Below are positions 50,580-62,597 of a stretch of DNA of 64,000 nt, piece after piece. The stretch spans positions 6,386,001 to 6,450,000 of the forward strand of contig OX597814.1 in the NCBI GenBank assembly GCA_951406725.2. Direction: 5' to 3'. The notes under the pieces are model-generated. The model saw only the letters and a program-made list of their open reading frames with translations. It was not told the DNA's origin and made no database searches. A program made the translations under genes and the position numbers. The DNA comes from Octopus vulgaris (taxonomy: Eukaryota). Positions within the stretch are counted from its first letter, which is position 1. Every line of letters starts with the position of its first letter.

Positions 50580-51970
50580 GTATTCTTACCAAAGTTACTT
50601 GGCATATAACGAAGCTTTAATTTTTGAAGTCCTCTTGGAAGTCATTAGATTATCATCATTCCCTGTAAGAAATATCAAATGAGAAAGCATTGCAGATCCA
50701 AATAAATTCTTTGCTAAGATCATGGAACCTTCAAAATTTCCATTTAGAACTTCCAAATGGTTTTGGACCATAAGCAAGATCTTACCGTCGTTTTTTTTTT
50801 TTTGTGGTGGTGGGGGATATTATTTGCTAGATTTCTACTTTCAACATACCAACTCTGAATTAGTTAATTGATAAATGCCACAACCTCTCTCATTTCAATA
50901 AGGCTTACATCCTTTTCTGTTGTCGACATCTTAAAATCATTGATGAGACTGACAATAACATATTTGTCTTTAAAATTGTTTACAAGATGGTAATTTTTGA
51001 TACTTAAGGAATTTAAAAATTTCATCCCCAAAATTTCTTCCACATTTGCAGAAACACCAACTTGACTTATACAATTCACGACTTAATAGTATTTTAAAAC
51101 ACAATTTTCCAGTCTGATCCAATTACAAAATTTTTAAATCACTGACGATTCATTGCACATGGACAAATAAAGTTGTTTTCACAACTGTTCTTTAAATTAT
51201 TCAAGTTCTTTGGATTCTAATGTTGGTCATGTAAAACACAATGTATGACGAACATGCTTGGAGCTTTCTGTGACAAGATCAATGAATCCAAATTTATTTT
51301 CAATCACTACAGGAACTTCTGTACACTCTGACACAATCAAATCCCATCACGCCTTATGATAGTTAAACAGCCAGTGGATAACCTTGGACTGCCATATGAT
51401 GGCAAAATTCGGTTTTGATGATACCAGTTTCAAAGCATCATGATATCAACATAATTCTTATGCTGGTCATCAAGGGTCATGTCCTTTCTTACTTCTTATG
51501 TCTTCACATTTCCACTGCTCATTAACAAATTGGGAATCATGCATTGTGCCCTCAGTTCAGTGAAACCAAAACCAAGCCTTTCATTAACCCTCCCCGCCAC
51601 TCCTGTTGATATTCACTTAAAATCTATAATTAACAAACACCAAATATAAACAGCTGAAAAATAATTCTTTTTTATACAAACAGAATCATTAGCATCAATT
51701 TTCTGCAAATGACTGAATATAAATGATTCGTCCAAATGGTGCTTGTTGGTGTTGAAGATAGACAAATGGTCTGCACTTCTGCATAAGGCATCTCTAGTCT
51801 AATGCTCACCCGTGCCTACACATAAGCTGACAAAGGACTGGGGAAATGTGTTTTATAAAGTAATTAATGTTAATTATGTCGTTGTTGATTGTATTTTATA
51901 ATAAAGATTGAGTGCCAAACTCACAAAGAATATGGATACTGTCGTTGCCACCAGTATTTGAGAAGCCCTG
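50580..51970 (-). pseudogene. hAT (Buster/ZBED8-like) transposase relic
   Basis: Minus strand shows decayed CT..P..I....FGF..LV...AP....HCVLH followed by NFI....MNR..FKNFC; putative TIR CAGGGCTTCTCAAA ends at 51970. Confidence 0.6.
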
Positions 51971-52767
51971 CCATAGAATGAAAAATCAAAGTCACCCTGT
52001 CTGAATTTAAATAAAGATAATGGATGAAAGAGAGATGCACCGGCATCATATGAAATTTTATGCATTTTTAGTGCTATTTGGTTGTTATCAGCCATTTTAA
52101 ATTCTTAATAATTGGTCAACAGACTGGCTTCTATTTCCTGATTGTCAGAAATAAAGAATGAAATATTTAAATGTGTTAAATGCATTTTGTTGATTCTAAC
52201 CACAATAGTTTACTGTTAATTAGATAATTTCTCAAATTAATTGTCTGCAAAATAATAAGATAATAAATACAAATGAAAACCTATTAAATAATGAAGAAAC
52301 ATTGAATGGTTGTCTTTTTTAAGTTCGATTATAATTTGGTTTTCATTGTTAAAGATTGGTAAAGACAATGGTGTCAGAATGGAGGAGAAATGTCTAACTT
52401 CTAAATGGTTGTTGTTGGGTCAGCACCAAAGTCTTAATGTTATTAACAAATACAACACATTTAACTACAACAATCTGCAGATATGGGAAATAATTAAAAC
52501 TAGATGACAGGAAATTGATCTTTTGTTGACATTTCTCCATATTTAGGCAGGTTTATTCCATGCCAGCATTGGTTAGAAGAATAAGATATTCAGGTATTAG
52601 TTTGCTTCTGGATGCCCTTCTTTTATTTAGAAAACAGGTGAAGGTTAGCATTGAGATCTTCTATTCTACACAGCTTTGAAGGCATAAACTGAATGGCAAA
52701 ATTTGTAACATAAGTGCCAACAGCACAACTCAAACAATTTTGAAATAAATAAATGCAAGATGTTAAT

Positions 52768-53106
52768 CAGAATCGAAATCGATCAATGGAAATTGCAGCC
52801 GAGTTACCAGTGGCAGTCGCACGTAAAAAGCACCTTCCGTTCGTGGCCGTTGCCAGCCTTGCCTGGCACATAAAAAGCACCATCCGATCGTGGCCGTTTG
52901 CCAGACTCGTCTGGTACCTGTGCTGGTGGCACGTAAAAAGCACCCACTACACTCATGGAGTGGTTGGCGTTAGGAAGGGCATCCAGCCGTAGAAACACTA
53001 CCAGATCAAGCTGGGCCTGGTGCAGCCTTCTGGCTTCCCAGACCCCAGTTGAACTGTCCAACCCATGCTAGCATGGTAAACAGACGTTAAACGATGATGA
53101 TGATGA
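52768..53106 (+). mobile_element. RTE-type LINE 3'UTR
   Basis: Family match. Confidence 0.85.
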
Positions 53107-53140
53107 TTAACAAAAAAAATCAATCAATCATTCACGCATG

Positions 53141-53171
<31 letters not shown>

Positions 53172-53871
53172 GACAGGTTTGGGATCCCTTCCTCTCATTT
53201 CTGTTTAGAAAATCCACTCACAAGGTTTCGAGCAACGTGGGACTCTAGCAGCAGACAGTTGTCCAAAGTGCTGCTCACTGGGGCTGAATCGGAAACTTCA
53301 TGGTTGAGAAGCAAACTTCTCATCTCCAAAGTCCAGGATTCAAGGGAATCGGCTGCTTAAAGGGTAAAGTACCGGATCAGGTTGAAAGAGGAAACCATGT
53401 ACACGATGAATTCCAAGAAACATATATATGACTACATACCAAAGTACAAACGGATTCTAGTTGTATGTCCAATTGACTGTGCCTGACTGAGTGTATTTCT
53501 GAGTCACGGGGCTGTACTTAGGAGCACACACACTGCAGCAGTTGTACTGCACTTAATAAACTCCAGATCCATGCTAATAGCAGGTTTTCAGTAAATAATG
53601 AATAACAACAGATGGATAATAGTTCATTCTCTACAGCTGTTTTAAACAAATTTCTTTTTTTATTGATGAATAGAAATATTACATCATGTGGAAAAAAAAT
53701 GTTCTCATCAGGTGAATATACCTGAATTACACATTTAAAAAGCATTAAAAAAATCACCAGTTTGTGCCACTTCATGATTCCCTAACCCATAAAAGTTAAA
53801 AGAATCTTTTGACTATTATTACTGGTCAGTGAATCATGTAGATCCATGGTTACATTAGCAACTTAATAATG

Positions 53872-54141
53872 CAGTTCTATATTTAAGAGATGAGGAATTA
53901 TGAACATTATTTACATTATTTACATTTGATGGATATTTGTCCTCATCTTGTTTGTTGTTAACACATTTCCGCTGATATACCCTCCAGCTTCCATCAGGTG
54001 TCTTGGGAAAATTTCAAACTTGGGTTCTCATTCCTAAGGTATTTTTTCGATGTTATTATTATTATCCAGGTCACTGCCTGGAATCAAACTCGGTATCTTC
54101 GGGTTAGTAACCCGCGTTCTTAACCACTACGCCATATGCCC
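53872..54141 (-). mobile_element. tRNA-headed SINE-like element with hammerhead-ribozyme motif (left copy)
   Basis: Minus: GGGCATATGGCGTAGTGG (A box)...CGGG-TTACTAA-CCCG arm...GAGTTTGATTCC (B box)...GACAC CTGATGG AAGCTG GAGGGTATAT CAGC GGAAA TGTGTT...(ATGTAAATA)2 tail. Confidence 0.75.
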
Positions 54142-54143
54142 AT

Positions 54144-54476
54144 GCGCATATGGCATAGTGGTTACATGTAGAACTGGGTTCTCATTCCTATGGTATTTTT
54201 CAATGTTATTATTATTTATTAAAGTCACTGCCTGGAATCAAACTAGGAATCTTGGGGTTAAGAGCGTGGGCTGCTAACTCTGATTCCGAGTTCGATGCCA
54301 GGCAGTGACTTTAATAAATAATAATAACATCAAAAAATACCTTAGGAATGAGAACCCAGGTTCGAAATTTCCCTAAGATACCTGATGAAGGCTGGACGGT
54401 ATATCAACCAAAACATTGTGTTAACAACAAACAAGATGAGGACAAATATCCATCAAATGTAAATAATGTAAATAAC
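54144..54476 (+). mobile_element. tRNA-headed hammerhead element (right copy) with internal inverted fragment 54169-54260
   Basis: GCATATGGCATAGTGGTTA | insert | AGAGCGTGGGCTGCTAA...GAGTTCGATGCC...GATAC CTGATGA(54382) AGGCTG GACGGTATAT CAACC AAAAC ATT GTGTT. Confidence 0.75.
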
Positions 54477-54804
54477 TTAATAATGGTTTGTTTTCACAGT
54501 AATATACAAGAAAACAACATAAAAAATAAGCTTTATACATTTATTTATGCATTGTAAACTTTCATTTCAATGTTTAGTGTTGACTCTCAGAAAAGAAAAG
54601 AGAACAAGATCATCTGGTAGCATAGTGTTGGGGTGTTTATGTCTTGGTAACTTAGTGGTTCATCAAAAGAAACCAATCAAATGAGAAGCAGGCTTGAAAA
54701 AATAAGTACTGGGGTTGATTTGGTTGACTAAAGATTCTTCAAGGTGATGCCCCAGCATGGCCAGTCTAATGTCTGACATAAAAGGTAACAGATATGTCTT
54801 CAGG

Positions 54805-55206
54805 GCAGAACCGTTAGCACGTCAGGCGAAACGCTTAGCGGTATTTCGTCTGCCGTTACGTTCTGGGTTCAAATTCCGCTAAGGTCGATTTTGCCTTTCA
54901 TCCTTTCAAGGTCGGTAAATTAAGTACCAGTTACGCACTGGGGTCAATATAACCGACTTAATCTGTTTGTCAGTCCTTGTTTGTCCCCTCTGTGTTTAGC
55001 CCCTTGTGGGTAGTAAAGAAATAGCTATTTCATCTGTCGTTATGTTCTGAGTTCAAATTCTACCGAGGTTGACTTTACCTTTCATCCTTTCGGGGTCGGT
55101 AAATTAAGTACCAGTTTCGCACTGGGTCAATGTAATCGACTTAATCCCTTTGTCTGTCCTTGTTTGTCCCCTCTATGTTTAGCCCCTTGTGGGTAGTAAA
55201 GAAATA
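54805..55206 (+). mobile_element. Tandem dimer of Nin/Deu SINE
   Basis: The unit ...GTTCAAATTC...AAGTACCAG...GCCCCTTGTGGGTAGTAAAGAAATAG occurs twice. Confidence 0.85.
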
Positions 55207-55799
55207 GATACGTCTTCAGTTTCTCTCCAATGGGAATCCTGTTGAAAGCAAGAAATCCTTGCTTCTCTGTATTAAAGACTTCAACTGTCTTCAATGTCAT
55301 TCCAGAATTAAATGTATTGAAAGCATAAACACTTCAGCACTTTATGAGAAACACATCTTGTATAGATCATTGTGAACATCCACAAACAAATACAATTAAT
55401 AGTCATACATATGTTTCTTAATTGATAATTTCTTACCATGACTGGTATGACACGCAATGTTTCTATTTGTTCTCTTCTCTTATCACTATCTTCATAAAGA
55501 ACCTCTCACTGGAACATTGACGTCTATTCCCCCCCCCCCACTGCCCAACAATTTCTATTCATTTCTCTCTGTGTTTCCTCGTGAATGTTAATCGGGATAG
55601 CGACATGCATGGCTGATATAATGTTTGACATTGCAATGTTCAACAGCTTGAAATTAAATAAAAGAATCTTAATCATTTCGATTTGTTATTGTCGTTTGCT
55701 TTATCAGCAGCAGTTGGATATACTTTCGTATGATACTCTCTATCAAGGAAAGAGTTTTTCCTGTTTGTAGATGATAATGTTTGTTGCAGTAGATTTGGT

Positions 55800-56184
55800 T
55801 GTTTTGTTGCTGCTGCTGCTTGTTTGTTTGTTGAGCGAAGCGGCCTTCGTCCTCTTGGGAGAAGTCCGAAACATGGTCCTTTGCTATTCGTAAGATCTGC
55901 AGAAGAGAAAGCAGGTCAACCCCCGACACCATCGACGGATGGATGAATGTGCATCCAGGCTCAGCGGTTGGGTAGGAAGTCGGGAGGAAGAAAGAGTGAG
56001 AGAAAGTTGGAGCGAAAGAGTACAACAGGGGTCACCCCCAACACCCTCCCACCCCTGCCAGAGCCTCGTGGAGCTTTAGGTGTTTTCACTCAATAAACAC
56101 ACATAACACCCGGTCTGGGAATCGAAACCGCGATCCTCCAACCGCGAGTCCGCTACCCTAACCACTGGGCCATTGCGCCTCCAC
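55800..56184 (-). mobile_element. tRNA(Arg)-like SINE (family D, probably octopus OR type), tail variant 1
   Basis: Minus head GTGGAGGCGCAATGGCCCAGTGG...GACTCGCGG...GGTTTCGATTCCC; (CAA/CAG)n tail. Confidence 0.8.
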
Positions 56185-56739
56185 TTGTTACTGCTGTTGT
56201 TTTTCATTGTCATGGAGATAGGCCAAGGAAGACTTTGAGGGAAAAGTAATTTGTTAATTTGTTTAAAATTTGTAATTAGTTAATTTGTTTAAAATATTGC
56301 AGTGTGTAAATGATATCATTAGCAACATTTCGTCTGTCTTGATTTTCTGAGGTTGTCTTTGCCTTTCATCCTTTCAGGGTCAATGAACCAAGTACCAGTC
56401 ATGTACTGGGGGTTGATGTAATCAACTTAAACCCCCCCACTCCTCTGAACTTGCTTGCCTTGTGCCAGATATTTGAAACAAGTATTGATATACATAATTA
56501 AACAAAAGCATTGAATTATAATTGTCCTCTGTGTGTTATTCTTCTTCAGAGTTTGTACAGTAATGATGTTTGTCTCATTCCGAGATTTGAGCTTTTAACA
56601 CAAGTCTACAAAGAGATTATTTTTTTTATCTCAGGCAATGCCATTCAACAGTGGATATACATTTAGTATGATATACAGATAATGTATTTTTAGGTATTTC
56701 AATATTCATTGACATTACCTTGCTTCTCACCTTCATTCC

Positions 56740-57429
56740 TTAACCTTTTAAGCATTCAGACTACTCTGTCAAATGTAATTCTTTACTCATTTACTTGTTT
56801 CAGTCATTTGACTGCGGCCATGCTGGAGCACCGCCTTTAGTCGAGCAAATCGACTCCAGGACTTATTCTTTGTAAGCCTAGTACTTATTCTATCTGTCTC
56901 TTTTGCCGAACCACTAAGTTACGGGGGATATAAACACACCAGCATCGGTTGTCAAGCGATGTTGGGGGGGCATAAACACACCAGCATCGGTTGTCAAGCG
57001 ATGTTGGGGGGGCATAAACACACCAGCATCGGTTGTCAAGCGATGTTGGGGGGACAAACACAGACACACAAACACACACACATATATATATATATATACA
57101 TATATACGATGGGATTCTTTTCAGTTTCCGTCTACCAAATCCACTCACAAGGCTTTGGTCAGCCTGAGGCTATAGTAGAAGACACTTGCCCAAGGTGCCA
57201 CGTAGTGGGACTGAACCCAGAACCATGTGATTGGTAAGCAAGCTACTTACCACACAGCCACTCCTGCTTATTTATTCACATTGTTTTGAATAAATCCTGG
57301 ATTATCTCAAAGCTTTGAAATTTTGATATGTTTATTTTTTAGAGTTACATTGTAGGGTAGGTGTGAGAAGCCTGATCTGACTAGTCTGAACATAAGACAG
57401 GAAGACTATTTGGGTTGGATAAGGGTTAA
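56740..57429. mobile_element. piggyBac-type MITE with nested family A SINE (56783-57267, minus)
   Basis: TTAA|CCTTT...AAGGG|TTAA termini; the nested SINE carries three copies of an internal 42-bp unit at 56931-57055. Confidence 0.7.
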
Positions 57430-57632
57430 AATGATTGGTTGGTCATGTGTTGAGAAGCAGTTGATCAGTGGTCTGATATGTGTTGGCCGAGGGCTAAACA
57501 CCAACAGAGAGAGAGAGAGAGAGAGACATGATTATAGACCTGTGTGTTCTATGTCAGTATCAAGCAACCAACATTAGTTATTGGGGGTGGGCAGATGGAG
57601 CAGTGGGGTAGTTGGATGGTGGTTGATAATTT

Positions 57633-57811
57633 AGTATATTCTGTTGTGTCTGGGGAGAGTCATTTTCTTTTTGTGCCTTACAAAGTAACACACTCACCGG
57701 TAAAATTTCCACTTTTTTCTTATTTTTATTTGCTAAAATTTTACCGGTGAATGTATTACATTATAAAGCACAAAAAGAAAATGACTCTCCCCAGACACAA
57801 CAGAATATGCT
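57633..57811. repeat. Inverted repeat with ~76-bp arms and ~27-nt spacer
   Basis: ATATTCTGTTGTGTCTGGGGAGAGTCATTTTCTTTTTGTGC is exactly reverse-complemented in the right arm. Confidence 0.9.
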
Positions 57812-58249
57812 TCAACACACGAAGTCATATAAAGAATCTTGCAAACCAAATCCAAAAACGAAATGTAATTTAGTATTTTGTTCCAAAGTGTGAAATCCTG
57901 ATGAAATATTGTTTATAGAATCTCTAATGAATCACCTGATTAAAATTCTATCAATTACTACTAATTAACCAAAGGAAAGATTCCAATAGAAATTTACTGA
58001 AGTTTCATCAGTTTTATTACAACATTTCTAAATGTTTCTTTTATGAAATGGCAAACTATCAAGTCCTTATTTTTATTTACCATTTTCTGTTTGTTTTGTT
58101 TTTGTACTTGGCACTGTTAGAAATGAGAAATGGTAAAGGTTCTGTGTTGAATGAGTGACATAATTTTAATTATTATTTATTTTTGTTTTTCTGGTGCTGG
58201 GATTAGTTTTGAAAAGAATTTCCAAAATATGAAGACTATGATACTCTAA

Positions 58250-59010
58250 CCCTCTCATTACCGTATTTATTTTGAGATGTTCTGTGTTTCTTTCAATTAA
58301 TTTTAAATATAAACAAAGAATTTAGTAAAATAACTTAGTTATCATTAAGCTAGTGTTAGGAACATAAATTGTGACTAAGGTTTGGGGGAAGATTGTTAAT
58401 TCAAAATATATGAAAACAAGACAGTTGTACTCAGAGCGAGAGGCGGTTTCGGCCAGGTTGGTATCTAAAGGGTTAAGAATTGTTTCTCTATTATATATTT
58501 TAACCCTTTTGTTACCATATTTCTGTTGGGATGCTCTGGGTTTCTTTCAATTACTTTAGATATAATAAAGAATTTAACAAAATATATTTTAAATATAAAC
58601 AAAGAATTTAGTAAAATAACTTAGTTATCATTAAGCTAGTGTTAGGAACATAAATTGTGACTAAGGTTTGGGGAAGATTGTTAATTCAAAATATATGAAA
58701 ACAAGACATTTGTACTACAGAGCGAGAGGCGGTTTCAGTCAGGTTGGTATCTAAAGGGTTAAGAATTGTTTCTTTATTATATATTTTAACCCTTTTGTTA
58801 CCATATTTCTGTTGAGATGCTCTGTGTTTCTTTCAATTACTTTAGATATAATAAAGAATTTAACAAAATAACTTTGTTATCATTCAGCTGGTGTTAGGAA
58901 CATAAATTGTGACTAAGGTTTGGGGGAAGATTTTCATTCAGAACTTTTGGAAACAAGACATTTGTACTAGAGAGCCAGAGCTGGTTTCAGCCGGGTTGGT
59001 AACGAAAGGG
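58250..59010. mobile_element. Three tandem piggyBac-type MITEs (58250-58472, 58504-58758, 58790-59010)
   Basis: Each unit CCCT...AAAGGG bounded by (T)TAA/TTAA; near-identical 23-24-bp spacer between units. Confidence 0.85.
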
Positions 59011-59359
59011 TTAAGCAAACTTTTTAAACGTCTTCCTTGTAGTTTTTATTGTAAGTTCTTATTTTCTGTTACTTTCTCTTTCTCTTCTTTGTTTATGTCT
59101 GAACTTTTGTGTCTGTCTTTTTACCCTGACCCCCTTCACATTCTACATCTTCGTTGTACATTGTAAAGTCATTACACTTACATGACTCTTATGTTAGAGG
59201 ACATTTTTATGGATGTTCTATGATGTGGCACACTGTGCCACAGTCACTGGTGGAGCTGTCACCCTGTGTTGTTTGAACTCAGAGTGGAAAAACGAATGAG
59301 ATGCTGCTTAGCATTTCATATGACATGTTAATGATTCTACCATTTTGCAACCTTGGAAA

Positions 59360-59792
59360 AGGTTCCCAACTTGTGGCCCATTGGACCTTGGTGGTCCATG
59401 AAGGTAGTTCTGGAGGTCCGTGAACTAAATTCAGAACTTCATATATATATATATATATATAAATATATCACGTGATCACGTGACCGACCAGAACATCAGA
59501 TGTTGTTACACATCGCTGGTCACAATACGTTCGCATTGTTTTAGCCTTCGAATGATGCCACCCTGCTGGCTAAGCAAGTAAGCCAACAGAAGAAAGAGTG
59601 GGAGAAAGAGTGGTGAAAGAGTACAGCAGGGATCACCACCCCCTGCCGGAGCCTCATGGAGCTTTTTAGGTGTTTTCGCTCAATAAACACTCACAACGCC
59701 CAGTCTGGGAATCGAAACCGCAATCCTGCGACCGCGAGTCCGCTGCCCTAACCACTACGCCATTGCGCCTCCACACACACAGACACACACAG

Positions 59793-59848
<56 letters not shown>

Positions 59849-59950
59849 TTACATACACATGAGGATAAGCATATTAAAAGGGATCTGTGGGGAAAACTCA
59901 TTTAAAAAAAAAAAAGTGGGGTCCTTTGTAGTGAAAACGTTGGGAACACC
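59360..59950. mobile_element. hAT-type MITE containing (TA)n and a nested family D SINE (59465-59774, minus, tail variant 2)
   Basis: GGTTCCCAAC...GTTGGGAAC inverted ends; SINE head matches the 56184 copy, tail ends in (TCACGTGA)2. Confidence 0.7.
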
Positions 59951-60580
59951 ATTGGTCTTAAAGATTAGAAACTGTAAATAAAAGGAATATCATTTGGTCA
60001 GTTATGCCAAATATGGAAACACACCTGACAGGTGGGCAGTTCTACACACCTACTTTAGAAGAGAAATATTTTTATATTCTGCAAAATCATTTCTGTAGGG
60101 TAAATTTTGTTAAAATATTTGAGTAAAGCTTAATCGAGTGTGGGTGGGCATGCTAGGACTATGGAAGATGAACTGTCAATAAATAAATGTCACAAACGTT
60201 TCAGTTGTTGTTTAGTCTCAAGTCACTCTTCATCCAACAAAGTAGTCCAGCCGTGACCATCCCTTCCTAGTTTTAATTTACGCATAATCTATCTTGGATT
60301 ATTTTATCTAATGTGATCCTGTTGTTGAGCCAAGCAGTCCTATGATCTGACATTCCACTTATGACCATCTAGGACTAGATTATGCAATAAAGCTGTCCTC
60401 TTTTTTTGAAAAAGAAACAGTATTGTGATTTGAGGGTGAGTTAGCTGCTATTTCTAGATCAAGCTGTCATGTAAATCCACATATTTTGGCTTGTAAAATG
60501 CGTTTTGTTGATAAACTTTAAGCAAATGTTGCTTGAATTCATTGTGAATACAACTTTGTCACCACAGTTGACATTCCACA

Positions 60581-60962
60581 GTGGTGGTGGTGGGGGCGGC
60601 GGCGGTGGTGGTGGTGGCAGTGGTGGCAGCGGTGGGGGTGTGGTGGTGGTGGTGGTGGTGGTGGTGGTGGTGGTAGTGGTGGTGGTAGAAGTGGTGGTGG
60701 TGGTGGCAGTGGGGGCGGCGGCGGTGGTGGTGGTGGTGGTGGCAGTGGTGGGGGTGATGGTAGTGGTGGGGCGGTGGTGGGGGTGATGGCAGTGGGGGTG
60801 GTGGTAGTGGTGGCGTGGTGGTGGTGGTGATGGCAGTGGTGGTGTTGGTGGTGGCGGTGGCGGTGGTGCTGGTGGCAGTGGTGGTGGTAGCACTGGGGGC
60901 GGCGGTGGTGGTGGTGGTGGTGGTGGCACTGGGGGCTGTGGTGGTGGTGGTGGTGGTGGTGA
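60581..60962. repeat. (GGT/GGC)n trinucleotide repeat, about 380 bp
   Basis: Directly visible; source of the poly-Pro/Thr and poly-Gly/Val ORFs. Confidence 0.95.
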
Positions 60963-61319
60963 TGTAAGGTGCGTCAGGTTGTAATTGTTCTGGTTTTTTT
61001 TTTATTGATAGTGTTGTATCAGTTACTGAAAAGAAGCCAACACCCTTCGCTCATTGTTCCACATTCCCTCCAGACTATCATAAAAGTAATTCTATATCCA
61101 CCACCACTCCTTCTTTCCTCGCTCTAAATGTTACGAAAGAAATCTTTTTAACCATTTACCTGGCGCTTGGTTAAGCTTACTTCTTGTCTCATGAACAGCA
61201 ACTAGTTTAGTGCAGTCTGCAGCATTTCATGTGCTCAACCAAAATCATCATCATCGTCATCATCCAGTGTCTTAAATCCAGGGTTTTGTCCCCGTTGATG
61301 GGGGTGGCTGAGTATACCT

Positions 61320-61551
61320 ATTTCTTTACTAACCACAAGGAGCTAAACACAGAGAGGACAAACAAGGACAGACAAAAGGATTAAGTCGATTACATCGACC
61401 CCAGTGCGTAACTGGTACTTGTTTAATCGACCCCGAAAGGATGAAAGGCAAAGTCGACCATGGCGGAATTTGAACTCAGAACGTAACGGCAGACGAAATA
61501 CGGCTACGCATTTCGCCCGGCATACTAACGGTTCTGCCAGCTCGCCGCCTT
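61320..61551 (-). mobile_element. Full-length Nin/Deu SINE
   Basis: Family match. Confidence 0.9.
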
Positions 61552-61794
61552 TGCCAGCTCGCCAGTATACCTCAGTGCCAGAACAACTGCTCTCACACCA
61601 TCTTGCCCGCTTTGGGGCATCCTCATTTTTCAAACCAACCCCCCCAATCTCCTCCACAAATTTGATTTTCTTAAGATCAAACTTCAATTATAACTGTGAT
61701 GACATGAAAATTCAGGGACAAAATGTAAGTCTGGTGACTATTGCAGACATGTTTCAGCTTTATTGAAATTCTTCAGTGAAATAACTTTATATTA

Positions 61795-61976
61795 TACTCT
61801 TCCTCGTTTCAGTCATTTGACTGCGGCCATGCTGGAGCACCGCTTTTAGTCGAGCAAATCGACCCCAGGACTACTTATTCTATCAGTCTCTTTTGCCGAA
61901 CCGCTAAGTTACGGGAACGTAAACACACCAACATCGGTTGTCAAGCAATGTTGGGGGGACAAACACAGACACACAA

Positions 61977-62021
<45 letters not shown>

Positions 62022-62415
62022 CATGTACATATATACGACGGGCTTCTTTCAGTTTCCGGACTACTTTGTTGGATCAAGAGTGACTTGAGACTAAACAACA
62101 ACTGAAAGAAGCTCGTCGTATATCATCATCATCATCATCATCATCGTTTAACGTCCGTTCTCCATGCTAGCATGGGTTGGACGGTTCGACCGGGGATCTG
62201 GGAAGCCAGAAGGCTGCACCAGGCTCCAGTCTGATCTGGCAGTGTTTCTACAGCTGGATGCCCTTCCTAACGCCATGCCCTTCCTAACTCACAAGGCTTT
62301 GGTAGGCACGATGCTATAGTAGAAGACACTTGCCCAAGGTGCCACGCAGTGGGTCTGAACCCGGAACCATGTGGTTGGTAAGCAAGTTACTTACCACACG
62401 GCCACTCCTGCGCCT
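61795..62415 (-). mobile_element. Family A SINE interrupted by an RTE 3'UTR (62122-62288) and a rearranged fragment
   Basis: SINE 3' half at 61795-62057, 5' half resumes at 62288. Confidence 0.8.
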
Positions 62416-62597
62416 ATAGTTTGTTTTTTATATAAAGAATTTCCCATCTCTACTCCCTCTTCTTTTACTCTCTCTCTTTCTCTCTCTCTCTCTCATTCTC
62501 CTGCTTCATTCACTGGCTCCCTCACTCTCTCCCTCATCATTTTACTTGCTCTGTCTCCATCTATCACACACACACACACACACACACACACAGCGTA

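Noticed and set aside
53674-53711. 38-nt plus-strand exon candidate (also 10640-10683)
   Set aside because: Weak splice sites and no recognisable peptide; expected by chance in AT-rich introns
54069-54141. Functional tRNA-Ser gene (also tRNA-like heads at 56184, 59774, 62859 and 15445)
   Set aside because: Acceptor and T stems do not pair properly, and each head is fused to a repeated body; these are SINE heads
59224-59242. Perfect 9-bp-arm palindrome TGTGGCACA-C-TGTGCCACA
   Set aside because: Too short and isolated to be significant in 64 kb
60459-60929. Formin/extensin-like poly-proline ORF
   Set aside because: Pure (CCA/CCG)n repeat with no splice signals or flanking domain
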